A stretch of 33,878 bases of DNA, from NCBI GenBank assembly GCA_000934665.2, contig JYFJ02004212.1, positions 1 to 33,878 of the forward strand, given 5' to 3'. This document shows, piece after piece, positions 1 to 11,819 of this stretch. The position numbers and the translations under genes were made by a program. The first letter of the stretch is position 1; every line of letters begins with the position of its first letter. The notes under the pieces were generated by a model. It ran no database searches and was not told where the DNA came from. It saw nothing but the letters and a program-made list of their open reading frames with translations. Source of the DNA: Catajapyx aquilonaris. Its lineage: Eukaryota.

Positions 1-324
1 CCAGGTCGAGATGTCAAAGTGTGTCGTCTGTTAATGATCGGTGCGGCCACGCGGGGAACAGGGGAACTGGAGGGCTGCACCGCTCTGGGATGGGCCTCAG
101 CGCGCGGGTAGGCGGGAGCAGCCCTCCAGTTCCCAAGGTCCCGAGGGCGACGCTGGCGGAAGGCCAGCTTCTAGCGCACTATTTGAATTTCCCCACTTTG
201 ACCCCTCGCCCTGGGATTACCGTTCCGCGTAGCGAAAAACGGATTGCACCTTCCGATTCAGGATTTTTTTTGCCCGATTTTTAGAGCCAAACTGGTTTTT
301 TTTTTGAGTGGAGTGTCCCTTTAA
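1..324. mobile_element. Right end of a probable TTAA-targeting (Kolobok-like) non-autonomous DNA element, cut by the window edge
   Basis: GC-rich block ending ...GGAGTGTCCCT|TTAA (321-324); the other end is not in the window. Confidence 0.4.
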
Positions 325-351
325 AATAGGTGCTTTTCAAACCCTGCACGG

Positions 352-515
352 AAAAGTAACTTAGTAACTTTCGTTACAAAGTTACTGTTTAAAGGTAACT
401 AGTTACAAGTACTAGTTACTTGTGCACAAAAGTAACGAAGTTACCGGGAAAAGTACTCAAAAAGTAACTAGTTACTAGTAACGCGTTATTTCTACTCAGT
501 TACTACCCAACTCTG
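352..515. mobile_element. End of a hAT-like MITE with dense AGTAAC/GTTACT subterminal motifs
   Basis: Many AGTAAC/GTTACT motifs in both orientations, ending ...GTTACTACCCAACTCTG (CAG-type terminus); partner end not found. Confidence 0.5.
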
Positions 516-813
516 TATATTATATACACATTCACCAAAATCAGCAATATAAATTTTGGTCAAAATATAACAAATTTTGTTTTCCATATATTTATATCTT
601 CAGTTTGTCCCTTGAGCAAATATTGACCCATGTAATATAACAGCTTTCATAATATATGACAGTTAATAGAATGATTTTATTGAAGAATAAATTAATTGTT
701 AGCAAAATAAATTGTTTTATTTATGTGGGGTTATTTATGGCTGACTTGTGAGTGAAGGGCCTTGGAAGTAGCATATGTTGGACTTGTTCCCATTTGGAAC
801 AGTTCCATGTTAG

Positions 814-1413
814 AAATTGAGGTTATTCCTTGGTGACACAAGCAAACTATGCGACTTTTACAGCGGCACGAGGCTGGATCAACATTATATTTGGGGAGGA
901 ATTGATAAATTCACACCTTCAACAGACATCTTGTCAGTCACAAACATAGTATGTGGAAGATCACTTGGGCGTGAAATCTTGAAGGTTCGCGAAGATGACA
1001 AATCTATACGTGCACCATGGCAAGACAACTTCGGCCCACGGGCAAACGACAGTCTTGTATCAACGTGTCAACAGTGACTACATATGCAGGGACATGACTT
1101 CTATCAGGCAAATAAGGGTGTATACAAATATTTTTGCCCAAGTTACAGGTCCGTAACCATTGCACTGTTATTGTGGGGAACTCTTGACGGCTGTTCAAAA
1201 AAAGGGAAAAAAGGAAAGAAAAGGAGAGAAGGAAATGGAGAAACGCGATCTGGTCGAAAGTCATTTTTAGTCATGAGTCCATGTTTGAGGAATCCATATA
1301 AGTGCTATGGATTCCCTTTTTTTTTCTTACTTAGGGACAAATGCTGCCCACGTGGTGTTAAAATCAGTTCTCATTTTACCCCACTATTGTCGAGAATCCC
1401 AATTTTATACTAG
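814..1413 (+). pseudogene. Possible third, highly degenerate small-HSP-like reading frame interrupted by an in-frame TGA (1075-1077)
   Basis: ORFs 817-1077 and 1084-1413 share a frame; RLDQHY, LKVREDDKS, NFGP, QGH and FCPSY fall in the order of sHSP motifs; similarity is weak and judged by eye. Confidence 0.25.
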
Positions 1414-2788
1414 TTAACAATTTAAGTATACAAGGACAAAAGCAGGTAAATAAGATAAACATTTATTTTAGAGCAAGATGTTTCTAGTAAAGTCAAAAGT
1501 GAACACTAGTTGAGAAATGTAAAGGGACTTTTGCCTTCCCCTATATAGACACATGCAACAAACCCAATACACCTACCTTTCTTGAGGGAAATGAGCTAGT
1601 GTGTCTTGTGGCGTAAAAAGATATCCTATTTATTTGTAAAAATTGCAAGGTCAGAAGGAGGACAAAAAAATCTAGTGTCATTGTTTTAATAACGGCATGG
1701 TAAAGTACTAGTTCATTAAATATAATGCTGGAAATAACGATAAGGTTGGATAATATGGTAAAAATATTTGTTGATCTGTCACTATGTATAGTTTTCCAGA
1801 TGGGCTTTAAAGATACTTTCATTTCGATATTTTTATAAAGGGTTTTGACACCAAACAAAAATAATACAATAAAATTATCACACGACTATTTACTGTCAAA
1901 AAATACAAACACGGTACAGCAGTCTCTCCGTTGTGGGCTAGGTGGAGACATATTGCGTGCACATTACAATGCAAAATGTTAGAACCATAATTCTGGAACA
2001 TAACAAAGATGCCGACAATAATATTTTATAATAGCACTTATCAAATAGGAAGAATACATATGTGTGAATTGATAATATATTTTTGATCGGTCCTCGCGTT
2101 AAACTTGAGCGAACTACCTTTTGTAGCCTTTTCTTTAACTCAAATGGAACAAGCAATATAAACTCACAAATATTATCATTAAGTACCCTACTGACTACAC
2201 ATTAAATTAGGCTAAACAGAGAGTCGATAATGCGAAATACCTACATACAGAATAATGTACCAGATCGAGTAGCCTACCAGATTTTTAGTGTAAAATGTGC
2301 CATTCACAGGGTGTGGACCGAGGTCCACGACACTAAGCTGCGAACTTACGTATGCAAAGGCGATTTTCGTAGATATACTCAATGGTTGATTTTGGCGAAT
2401 TTGGCGATATATTACGGAAAATATCGCATGCGACCCACAAATCGTCAAATATCACTTCAATTAAATGACGGATTATTTCACTCCACACACGCCTTGAAAT
2501 ATCAAAAGGAACATCCCAGAGCAAGCAGTGCACATATTATAGTATCACCCTGTTAATTGGCAGTGCACAATAATTCATTCGGAATGTATCAGTTTGATCA
2601 AGCAATAAACTATTTTACTATACGTCAGTTCTGAATAGCGTACTCTTGAATGTTTGTCACGAACGGCTACAAAAATGATACCTTATCGAGAGAGTTTTTC
2701 CCCCCATTGTAAATTGACGAGCCAAGTCGAAAATATCACTGCTTGCAGACTTGAACACCTTCAGAGGCAGTCTCATTTCACGGCTGGT

Positions 2789-3052
2789 TTACAGCACAGT
2801 ATTTGACTGCGTGTGCTTCGGCTCCATAGCCTTGACGTCCAGGTGGATCTTTGTGTAGTCAGTTTGGGTCTTGCTAGCGCCTTGCTTCCGCATCAGGGAT
2901 ATCCCAAAGCTGCTGTCAGACATGGCCATCATGGATGGAACATCCAGATCGTCTTCGTGCATGAAGAGGCCATACTGGTGGTCGAAAATAAGTAAGGAAC
3001 GTTCCAATGCTTTCCAGTGTGATGCCAACCACGATACTCCGCTTGAGGACAT
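2789..3052 (-). CDS. Truncated small heat-shock-protein-like peptide, paralogue B (~87 aa from ATG 3052); probable upstream exon ending 3322
   Basis: Acceptor TTTTTTGCTGTCCTCCAG|A-ATG at 3054; donor CAG|GTAAAT at 3321; ERSLLIFDHQYGLFMHEDDLDVP...KIHLDVKAMEP aligns with paralogue A and with the l(2)efl-type RLLDQHFG..DDL and LDVQQFxP motifs. Confidence 0.6.
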   Translation of the reverse strand: MSSSGVSWLASHWKALERSLLIFDHQYGLFMHEDDLDVPSMMAMSDSSFGISLMRKQGASKTQTDYTKIHLDVKAMEPKHTQSNTVL

Positions 3053-5014
3053 TCTGGAGGACAGCAAAAAATAGGGTAAGAGTTATATTGACCACATGAC
3101 AAATTGTAGAGTAAATTAAAGTTCATTTTTTATGATGTACTCAGCCTGTATGCAGCATATTAAGGAGTCCTTTTTTGGTATGTCACAAATTAAAGCATGA
3201 TTCGATGCGAACAAAAGTCAATATAGGATTTATATGGTCCCCAAAATGACACTGCAATACCCACTATATAGACTAGTGTTAAAAAGGGGCGGGGGGGGGG
3301 GGGCGAAAGGAAATTATTTACCTGATTGATCTTGAGATGTAGTCGAGTTCTCCGGAGATATTCACAGTAGCCTGCGATGGCTCCAAAGGTGATAAGAATA
3401 GTCTAGCTGGGAAATGCCGGAATACGTATACACAAGTTCTCAGAACTGTGAAAGAGTCACGAATAATTCGAGAGGAGTCTCCCCACCTTTTTAAATGAAA
3501 TTTCGGGCCATGCGTACGTGATGGCCTACGTGCCAAAATACAGGGAGGCATCGGAGGCCCTCCATTGGCAGCGGGAGTTGCCGGTGGGACGGGCTGACTC
3601 AGTTTGTTGTCATTGAAGGCCGACACTTGCGCGGTTGGAGGTCAATATCCTACAACTGGCAGCTACACTTGTGTACCCAGACTGCATCAAAACATGGATA
3701 ACGTTAATGGAACGAGGCCAATGCAGTTTTTTTGTAACGCTACAGTGTACTGTTACATAACCGAAGTAGGTGGGACCTACGACAAATTCCGCGACGAAAG
3801 TGCAATGCAGTGATAAATTTTTTGGATAATGAGTGGCGGAAAATTGTCCTTTTGTATTTATAGGTTAGTTTTTGCATTTTAAAAATTCCTTTGAAGCAGC
3901 ATGGAATTTTATGGGTGACGTAAGTTAATCCGAGGGCACTGATTTCAAAGATCTGCTTGATCTGCTTTCTATTTTTCTCTATCACGTACGGGTTTCATGC
4001 AACTATGATAATGTGATAATACTAATCTTATTGAGGTAATTAGTTTCAAGTTGGAAAAACGAATATTTTGTGTCGCACATCTCATTCATCATTGATATAA
4101 ACTGCGGCATTCAATCTTACACGACAATATTGTATATCTCACAATGGCAGGTTTTTGTTTCTAAAAATCATATGCCTGGACGCCTGCGAGTTATAGTCCG
4201 AAAGAGAAAATTTAGAGATGCATATGAAAAAAAAAAAACCTCAGAAATAAAGAAGGATTATTATGTGCCTGTTGGGCAAAAATATAACTGGACGGAAAGT
4301 TGTAATAATCCCCATTGTTATACTCAGTCATCCATATAAAACACAGCCACGTTGGAGATTTAGTGGTGATAATATGAGTATAGGTTTTTGACATGCTGTG
4401 GATTAGAGGATAATAGGCCTACTACTACTTATTGGTAAAAAGGATTGTGCTCCGTCAGCTGAAACATTTTCATAGCATTGCATTGGCACGAAAGTACAGG
4501 GCCCTTTACCAAAGTCTTACCATTTTTCGCCTTTAAAAGGGTAATTTTGAACGGTTTCTCTGAAAATGAAGAGATATCGTATGGCTGTTTGAATGCATTT
4601 TAAATATTAAAACAAAATTGATAATGCAATGCCACAAAGCATTGTGGTATTATACCGGTACGGGAGGTACGGGCATCGCACACAATGCACTTGTTATCAC
4701 AGTATATTCAAGTTAAGATAAAGCAATCTCTACTAATACCCTTTTTATTTAAATGAAAAAAACGCCAATGATGAACATACGTACACTTCATGAACGTAAA
4801 AAAAAGTAAACCAAGATTACTTCTGTATATAATGCCACTGTGAAAATGTCCCCACCGAAATCAGTCAGACACATGGCCGTAAAGCTGATGCAAGTTGCAC
4901 GGGCCACCCTATTCCGACATCCATTGACCTTCTGAGGCGATGATAATCCGATTTAAAAGTTATATATCCGTAGCATGTTTTTTCCTCTTCATAATTATGG
5001 TTGTGTGACCATGA

Positions 5015-5782
5015 TCACTGCTTGGGTGGTTCCACTTGTTGCACGTCCAAGGGGACCTTCAACTGCTCCTTACCGGTGCACTTGAAACGGGAGCAGAGGC
5101 CAGACTTTCTGGCCACACTCGTTCCGCACAGCAAACTAGAATCGGCTGATATCAAGGATGGAATATCAAGGTCGTCTTCGTGGGTAAACTTGCGATAATG
5201 ATGATCAAATATTAATAAAGGTCGTTCCCAGGCGCTTGTCATCTTGATCAGTGACAACCAGTATGTCTGGAATTTCCTGAAAATAAGCAATAACGTCAGT
5301 TTGAAAAATTACTTGTATTTCAACCAGATTGCGTCAGTCACTTAATGGTCATTGTAGTTCGTATTTTTTAAATTTCTAGGTAATAATTTTGCAGAGTATT
5401 CGCAAACTAATTTTTCCAAAATTATTTTTGGCAACCAGTAAAATAACGGCCAAATCCAGGATGATTATTGAAATGTGACTAATACGTTATTTAATCAAAA
5501 ATTATTATTTTTTCAGTCGCATTATAAATGTCATTTATTTTGGGGCCAGCCCAAGCTTACTTCGAGTTTGGGGTATATGATTGTATGAATTTCAAAATAT
5601 TTTGTCATGTAACCGGTTATATTTGGGTCATCGAATTATTATACCCACCAGGCACTCTCCCCTACATTGTGTACTACAGTACTGTACTGGTGTGTTATAG
5701 AAAATATTATGCAGCAGGCTACTACTCACTGGCTCTCTTTCTTGTCGGCGCCTTCACCTTCCTTCATAATGTGCATGGCCAT
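5015..5782 (-). CDS. Truncated small heat-shock-protein-like peptide, paralogue A (104 aa); exons 5782-5730 and 5276-5015
   Basis: ATG 5782, donor CA|GTGAGT, acceptor TTTCAG|G, phases match (phase 2); MAMHIMKEGEGADKKESQKFQTYW...WERPLLIFDHHY...EDDLDIP...KEQLKVPLDVQQVEPPKQ*; upstream TATA box and downstream AATAAA (4749-4744). Confidence 0.65.
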
Positions 5783-5960
5783 GATAGTCAAGTTGTGATA
5801 GTTAGCTTGGCAATCACAAATATGCTTGCTGCACCTTGCTCGATGGCTTCGTTGAGAAAAGCACTCGCCGAATTAATAAATCCGCAGTGAATCGACCAAC
5901 CACTCTGGGACTCTTCAGGTATCTCTCGAGAACACACAGATTCATCTACCTTCGTTCTGC

Positions 5961-5967
5961 ATTTATA
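5961..5967 (-). promoter_or_regulatory. TATA box of paralogue A
   Basis: TATAAAT on the minus strand about 180 nt upstream of ATG 5782. Confidence 0.5.
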
Positions 5968-6334
5968 CTAGAGCTCCCTCCGCCCCCTCCCCTTTTCTTA
6001 CTCATTGCCTAAAAGTGCCCGGCATAACGATATTCACGGACGGTATTGCATCAGAAAAGCGGCGGAAGCGAAGATAATACTGATGCTGCAGATTAGATAA
6101 TTGGGAGACATTGCTAACACAAATACGTTCTGTACAAAACATATCACTTAAATTGTAAGATGACTATCGTACATAGAACTCTTCATGAACGATCAAATTC
6201 AAGGTCAATGAGGTGTATCTCGATAAAACTCTGCATGACGCCGGCCAACACTGTTGTTGCATCTTGCTTCAAGCCATGAAGTACGCGGATTACATAATGG
6301 ATTGTGAGGAAACCTACACATTATTGATGTAGTG

Positions 6335-6655
6335 ATTTTTTATTTATGTATTCATTTATTTTATTTATTCATTAATTCAATTAATTCGTTTATTTTATTT
6401 ATTCATTCATTCATTCAATTCATTCATTTATTTTATTTATTCATTCATTCAATTAATTAATCCGATTAATTAATTAATTCAATTAATTAATCAATTAATT
6501 AATCAATTAATTAAATTCATTTATTTATTTTATTAATTCGTTTATTTTAATTCATTCATTTTATTAATCCATTCATTTTATTAATTCATTTTATTTCAAT
6601 TCATTCATTCATTCATTTATTTTATTTTTTGCTTATTTAATTAAGTTATATTATT
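6335..6655. repeat. AT-rich compound microsatellite (ATTC/ATTT/ATTA)n
   Basis: Degenerate tetranucleotide runs visible directly. Confidence 0.9.
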
Positions 6656-8888
6656 TACAAGTGGGTCATTCCTCATGAAACGGGGCATTTTGGTGAAAAG
6701 TGAAGGTTAAAAGCTTCTCTCTTTTTTTGCTTTTTAAACTCGCATTTTAATCAATATTTCGGTGTGTCTTTGGAATACCTTCATGAAGAATAGATGAATG
6801 CTTACTTCAGACCCATTCTCTTAACACATTTTTATCCAAGGTCAAAAATGTATATGGTCAGTTAAATATGCTTTGTCCCATCCGTTTACCTAGATTAATT
6901 ATCACTGTATTTATATATATATATATTTATTTAAAACTTCGTATGTGAATAGTGAAAGGAGAGCTTCCAGGTTGTATTATAGAGCACTGCATTTCAGATT
7001 GCAAGCATTTTACTAAAATGGCTGAGATGGCCGAAGGAGGCTATCCAAACACTAGGCGGTGTTCTTTTTCGTTCTGACTGGAGTTAGCGATACGTGTTTT
7101 GAACTTCATTACACAAAGCGTCGCGTTACAGAAAAAAAGAAAATTGAGTTATACCCGCTAGTGCCCATGGTGATTGCATTGATTAGTTATTTCTTTGCAA
7201 AAATACTGACGCTTATGTAACTTCAGAAACGGTGACACCGGAACTGCAACTTTTGTTCAGTATTACAGATTGAGAATATTTTATCAGAAATTTCAAAGTC
7301 CAAACGTTTTTTGAGTCCTGACGCGTCATAAATGGGAACATTCCATGTGATTGTGACATGACTAGTGTCAGTACCTGTATCTACACGTCTAAAAATTACT
7401 CTAAATATTAATAAAAACTTATCCGAGATGTATATGAATATCATGTTGAGACATTTATCCCATCTCAAACTTTACAGTAGCAAAAATATACGAAAATAAT
7501 TCAAATATTCGAAATCCGAACCATTGCCTGTCACAAGAATTTCGGGTAAACGATTCTCAACCTGAACAAATTTCTGCTTCCATTCAAAATGGGTTAGTGT
7601 TAATATCTTGAAAATTCATTGCAATTCACGGCCGCACGGCCCAGGCGATCTCCTTACCAAAAGATGTAATGTGTGGCGCTGCATTTCGGAGTATACAAAA
7701 TATGTCTTGTCGTCTACCTTGTAACCGTGGTCCCTCGACATTTCTCAACCATTTCAGAATCATCTCGGGCCAACGATTAATTTGGCACCGGAAGTCCCAC
7801 TAGTAAGAGACTCCTTTTGTTAAAGAGTAATCTATAGTGTATTTCACCCTCCTACTCCCAACTGTAAAGGCCTCATGAATTGCAGTGGAATATAAATAAC
7901 ACCCAATGGCATGGTATAATTATAAATAATAGAGAAAAATATAGTGGAAAAATGCAACTGATAATGTTAGACCTACCTTTGTTTGGGAAGACGTAGCTTC
8001 TAAAGCTATGTCAAGGTAAGCATACGCGCTGTAACAATGCAACATACATGAAGTGTGTCTCTATTATGCAATTTCAAAGAGCAGCACTTCATTTGTAATG
8101 CTGTCTGTCATTTCATGGACTTTTTCATTTCCGATGTTTGTCTATATTTTCTGTTGTTATACAGTCTTACTTGGTGACAAGCTACAAATGATGTGATGAC
8201 TGCAAGAAACGAATTTTCTGTCAGGAAAATTATAACATATATAGAAAAAAAAAGGTTATTAACATTTCATTGGAGGGGATCGAATTGCCTGTGCATGTGC
8301 GTGCAATAATAGCTGTTTTTTTTCTTTCTGGGAACCCGACACAAAGTGCAGTCTCGCACGTGAGAAAGGAAATGTCCCGTGATTTGCGATGACAAGAGCG
8401 GACCTTGAACGCCCTTCCTGGAGAAAGTCTCAACCTCCCTCAAAGTAAACGTGGATGACAACAAAGACCCCGTACACACGCGTTACACACTACTAACCTA
8501 TTTGCCAGTTTGTGACTAAGTGTTCCACTAATTTGGGGCAATGTCAGGCGTCGAAAAATGGGTTTTCAAGATGCTATAATAATTCTCAAGTACACAATCT
8601 ATCTGATGTCACTGCATCTTTCCGACTCGATGACGTTCTTACTATTACAGCATGAGATCTGAGATGAGTATATATAGTTGTTTACACAAAGAAGCAAATC
8701 TTAACGACGGAAGTACTTGCGTCATTGTGCCATTAGGTGAAGAGGCAGGTGGACTCCTCCCTCCTTCAAGAACAAGGCCCATCCGCTTTTTCTTCTCTGT
8801 GTTGGCTTTTCCAGCACCCCCATCCCCAATCCTGTACCCCCCCCNCCCCCCCCCCTGCGCACGACCAAAAAGCGCGTATGTCACGGAG

Positions 8889-8897
8889 TATATATAG
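8889..8897 (+). promoter_or_regulatory. TATA box of the WAP-like gene
   Basis: TATATATAG about 45 nt upstream of ATG 8941. Confidence 0.5.
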
Positions 8898-8940
8898 AGG
8901 TAAACGCTGAGACCCACAAGCACATTGAAACGTCGCCATA

Positions 8941-10083
8941 ATGTGGCAGACAAGGTATCTTTTAACCCTTTGGACCGTACTGCTGGTGGCCAGAAGTGAA
9001 GTCACGGAAGGGCCCTCGGTGGTCGAAGTTGGGAAGGTGTCCGGAGGCCCTCGACCTGTCATAGGCGGAGTTTCTCAGCAAGGAGAGGTCAATAACCGAT
9101 TCTTCCTTCCGGGAATCTTCGACTCCTGTTCTACATGCTCTTATTACAAGCAGAACCAAGCCCGACGCTGTTGCTACCAAGGATACCAAAGATGCTGCTC
9201 CTTCGCCCAACAGGGAAATTATTACCCAAATAATAACAACTGGTACCCGAACAATAATGGCAACTGGTACCCAAACAATGGCTATCCCAACAATAATTAT
9301 CCCAACAACTATCCAACCGGTAAGTTGATTTATTTTATATTTTGAACATTGGTTCCCACTTGGAGTCGCTAATAGTTACAATCTGTTACAATATATAATA
9401 TTACTTTTCCTAATGGCCAATTAGTGTTTTTATAGCACCCATGCTTACAGTTATAGTATGATATATTTTAACCAACTTGACTTTATCTAGAAAATATCAA
9501 ACATTCTCCACTAGCAAAAGAGTCCATCCCCCCCCCCAAAAATTTCACTCCTGGATCTCCTGTACAATATACTATGGAAGAGATGGAGTGGGTATGGGGC
9601 GGTAAAGCTGTGGTTGGTGTGCTGGCGCTTCTTTTATAGTCCCAGCCAATGAGGTTGAAAACAGCTGTATCGTAGAGAAGCAATCATTACAGGATATGAA
9701 TACTTTTTGTAGGGTTTGGAAAGCCAGGGTATTGTCCAAACTATTATGGACGTGGTGGAGGAAGAGGAGTGATCGGGAACAAGAGGATTAAAAGAAAAGC
9801 ACAAGAGATCTCAAGTAGGCCGCAAGAGTCGGACAGACGGCAGTTTGGGTACGACTACAACAGTGGTAGATATCCAGGAGGAGGAGGAGGAGGAGGAGGA
9901 GGAGGAACCAACGTGTACTACCAGTGCAGTCAGGATTACGATTGTCCCGGTAGTCTCAAGTGTTGTTCCAGTGGTTTCTACAGACAGTGTACCTATCCAG
10001 GCTCGCCATACTATGGTTCGGGTGGTAGTGGTTTTGGGGGATATGGAGGATACGGTGGCTATGGTGGCCAAAATTATGGTTAA
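8941..10083 (+). CDS. Secreted crustin/waprin-like protein (249 aa): signal peptide, 6-Cys region, Asn/Tyr/Pro repeats, split WAP-like domain, Gly/Tyr tail; exons 8941-9319 and 9713-10083
   Basis: Signal peptide MWQTRYLLTLWTVLLVARS; donor G|GTAAGT 9320 and acceptor TTTTGTAG|G 9712 in phase 1 give GFGKPGYCP; C-terminal CSQDYDCPGSLKCC...C-T-Y-P is WAP-like; AATAAA at 10186. Confidence 0.85.
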
Positions 10084-11819
10084 TTCTTTATTCATTTACC
10101 TACTGAATATTGTACGCAAGGAAAGAAAGGTGCCTACCTCATAAAAATATTACCCAAAGATGTAACCTTGTATTACAATTGTTAAAATAAAAGCAGAGGA
10201 ATCGTTTTACGGGACTGCATATTATTTGTTTTATTGTTATTGGCACAAAGTATTTCATGTCAATTTGTGTTGCTTTTCACCGTTGTTTGCTTGGTTCGCT
10301 GGTTCGTAATTCGTTCTTTCGCCCGTTCATTGTGTGTGTGTGTGTGAGGGGGGGGGGGTGTGTTACGGCTCCGAAAAGCCTTTTACTATCACACCATGAA
10401 ATCATGACCAATCATGCAAGGAAGAAGGGAAGGGCGAAAGCTCAAGTACGACCGGGATTTATCTTGAAATCAATGCATTATACCTGGAGAATGATCAGTA
10501 TTACCAAGAGCTAATGGTATTACACTTGTTGGTGTCGACGTGATGGAAAAGAATCTGGTAACATACAATTAGGCGACATTTTAATTTAACATTTATTTTA
10601 ATTAAATTTTTATTTCACAAACATTTAATAGACGATGTTGAATGCTTCAAGAATCCAAATTGGAATTTCGGATAAAGGATTCTTAGCCTACTAACCTACG
10701 GTGCTAGTCGTTGTATAAGCCAGGATATATGGCCGATTAAATCCAATTAAATGAACAAGCCAAATATATTTGAACCAAGATTGTTTTCGGATGATTTATT
10801 AAATAATATACTTAAAATTTAAACCCATATATTCGGTGACATATAACTTTCCGTATGTGTCACATCTGGTCATGTGTACTATAGTAAAGTGTAATCTGTG
10901 GTGGTTTTGCCTTTCCAAGTACCAAATGTCATTCCAGGTTTTTCCCGGTTCGGCATTCCCTCTCCATTTTTTTTTACACCTAAGGTCAAGAAATCAGTAT
11001 GTTAATATTGTTAGGGTTTTTTTTTCAAGTAATGCTAGAGACTGAGCAGGTCATTGCGTATGCTTTCCAGATACTCGACCAAGACACCAAGTGGAACGCA
11101 TGAACTGCATTCAACAGAAGTCATTTATGAAGAAAATCGACGTTTTATTTACCACGAAGACACTGAAATGAAGATTATGGCATTTGGCAGTCAAGTGAAT
11201 GCAGCAGAAGAGTTTTTTTTTACACCACACAATTCACGCATAATCGGATCATGTTCGATAATGATTTTCAATGTTATTAATTATTATCAATCAACAATTA
11301 ATAACAATGAAAAACGTGTGAATTGTCCTGCAGTTGCGAATAAATCGACGAAAGAAAAATCCAACCGGTCAGGTCTCGTGTTTTTATGTAGGCTTACCAT
11401 AATGTGGTGGTCATCAGAAGACTATATAGTGGATGTAGACAATTCCAACATTAATCCCTCGCCAGACCAATTCGGGTCCAACTGTTGTAAGGGCGGGAGC
11501 TAACAATAATACTGGGTGGAAGAGGGAGGTTATGAACAATACAAGAAAGGCAATAATGGCTCAGGGAACAATGTCCGTCAGTGAGAGAGGTGTCCAGCCA
11601 TTAGCAGAAATACGAATCAAGAAGTTCCAGCCCTTCTCGGCCACTCCTTCATTTTCCAGGGATCCCCTCTTCCCCTGAATTTGGGTAGGTCTCACATGGC
11701 ACTCAAGACTCCTGAGAATAGACTTCAGAAGTGGTGACCACCAAACGAGGTACACTGTACACAGTGCAGTTGATTCCCAAGCAGGCCACTATCGGCTCAG
11801 GATGACTGGTAACAAGCTG

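Noticed and set aside
3318..3626. 102-aa ORF as a long coding first exon of paralogue B
   Set aside because: It is in phase with the splice, but has no recognisable motifs and its starts lie upstream of the TATA-like TTTAAAA near 3490; more likely 5' UTR or promoter
5528..5890. 120-aa hydrophobic plus-strand ORF
   Set aside because: Antisense to exon 1 and the intron of paralogue A, with no supporting signals
6170..6192. Possible heat-shock element upstream of paralogue A (GAActcTTCatGAA)
   Set aside because: The first spacer is 3 nt rather than 2, so only two pentamers are in register
6661..7800. Possible MITE(s) with GTGGGTCATTCC / GGAAGTCCCAC ends
   Set aside because: TIR match too degenerate and no TSD to fix boundaries
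9845..10144. Poly-Glu and antisense poly-Ser ORFs
   Set aside because: Alternative frames of the (GGA)10 Gly run in the WAP-like gene
11054..11503. 149-aa ORF
   Set aside because: Background composition, no motifs, no convincing splice partners
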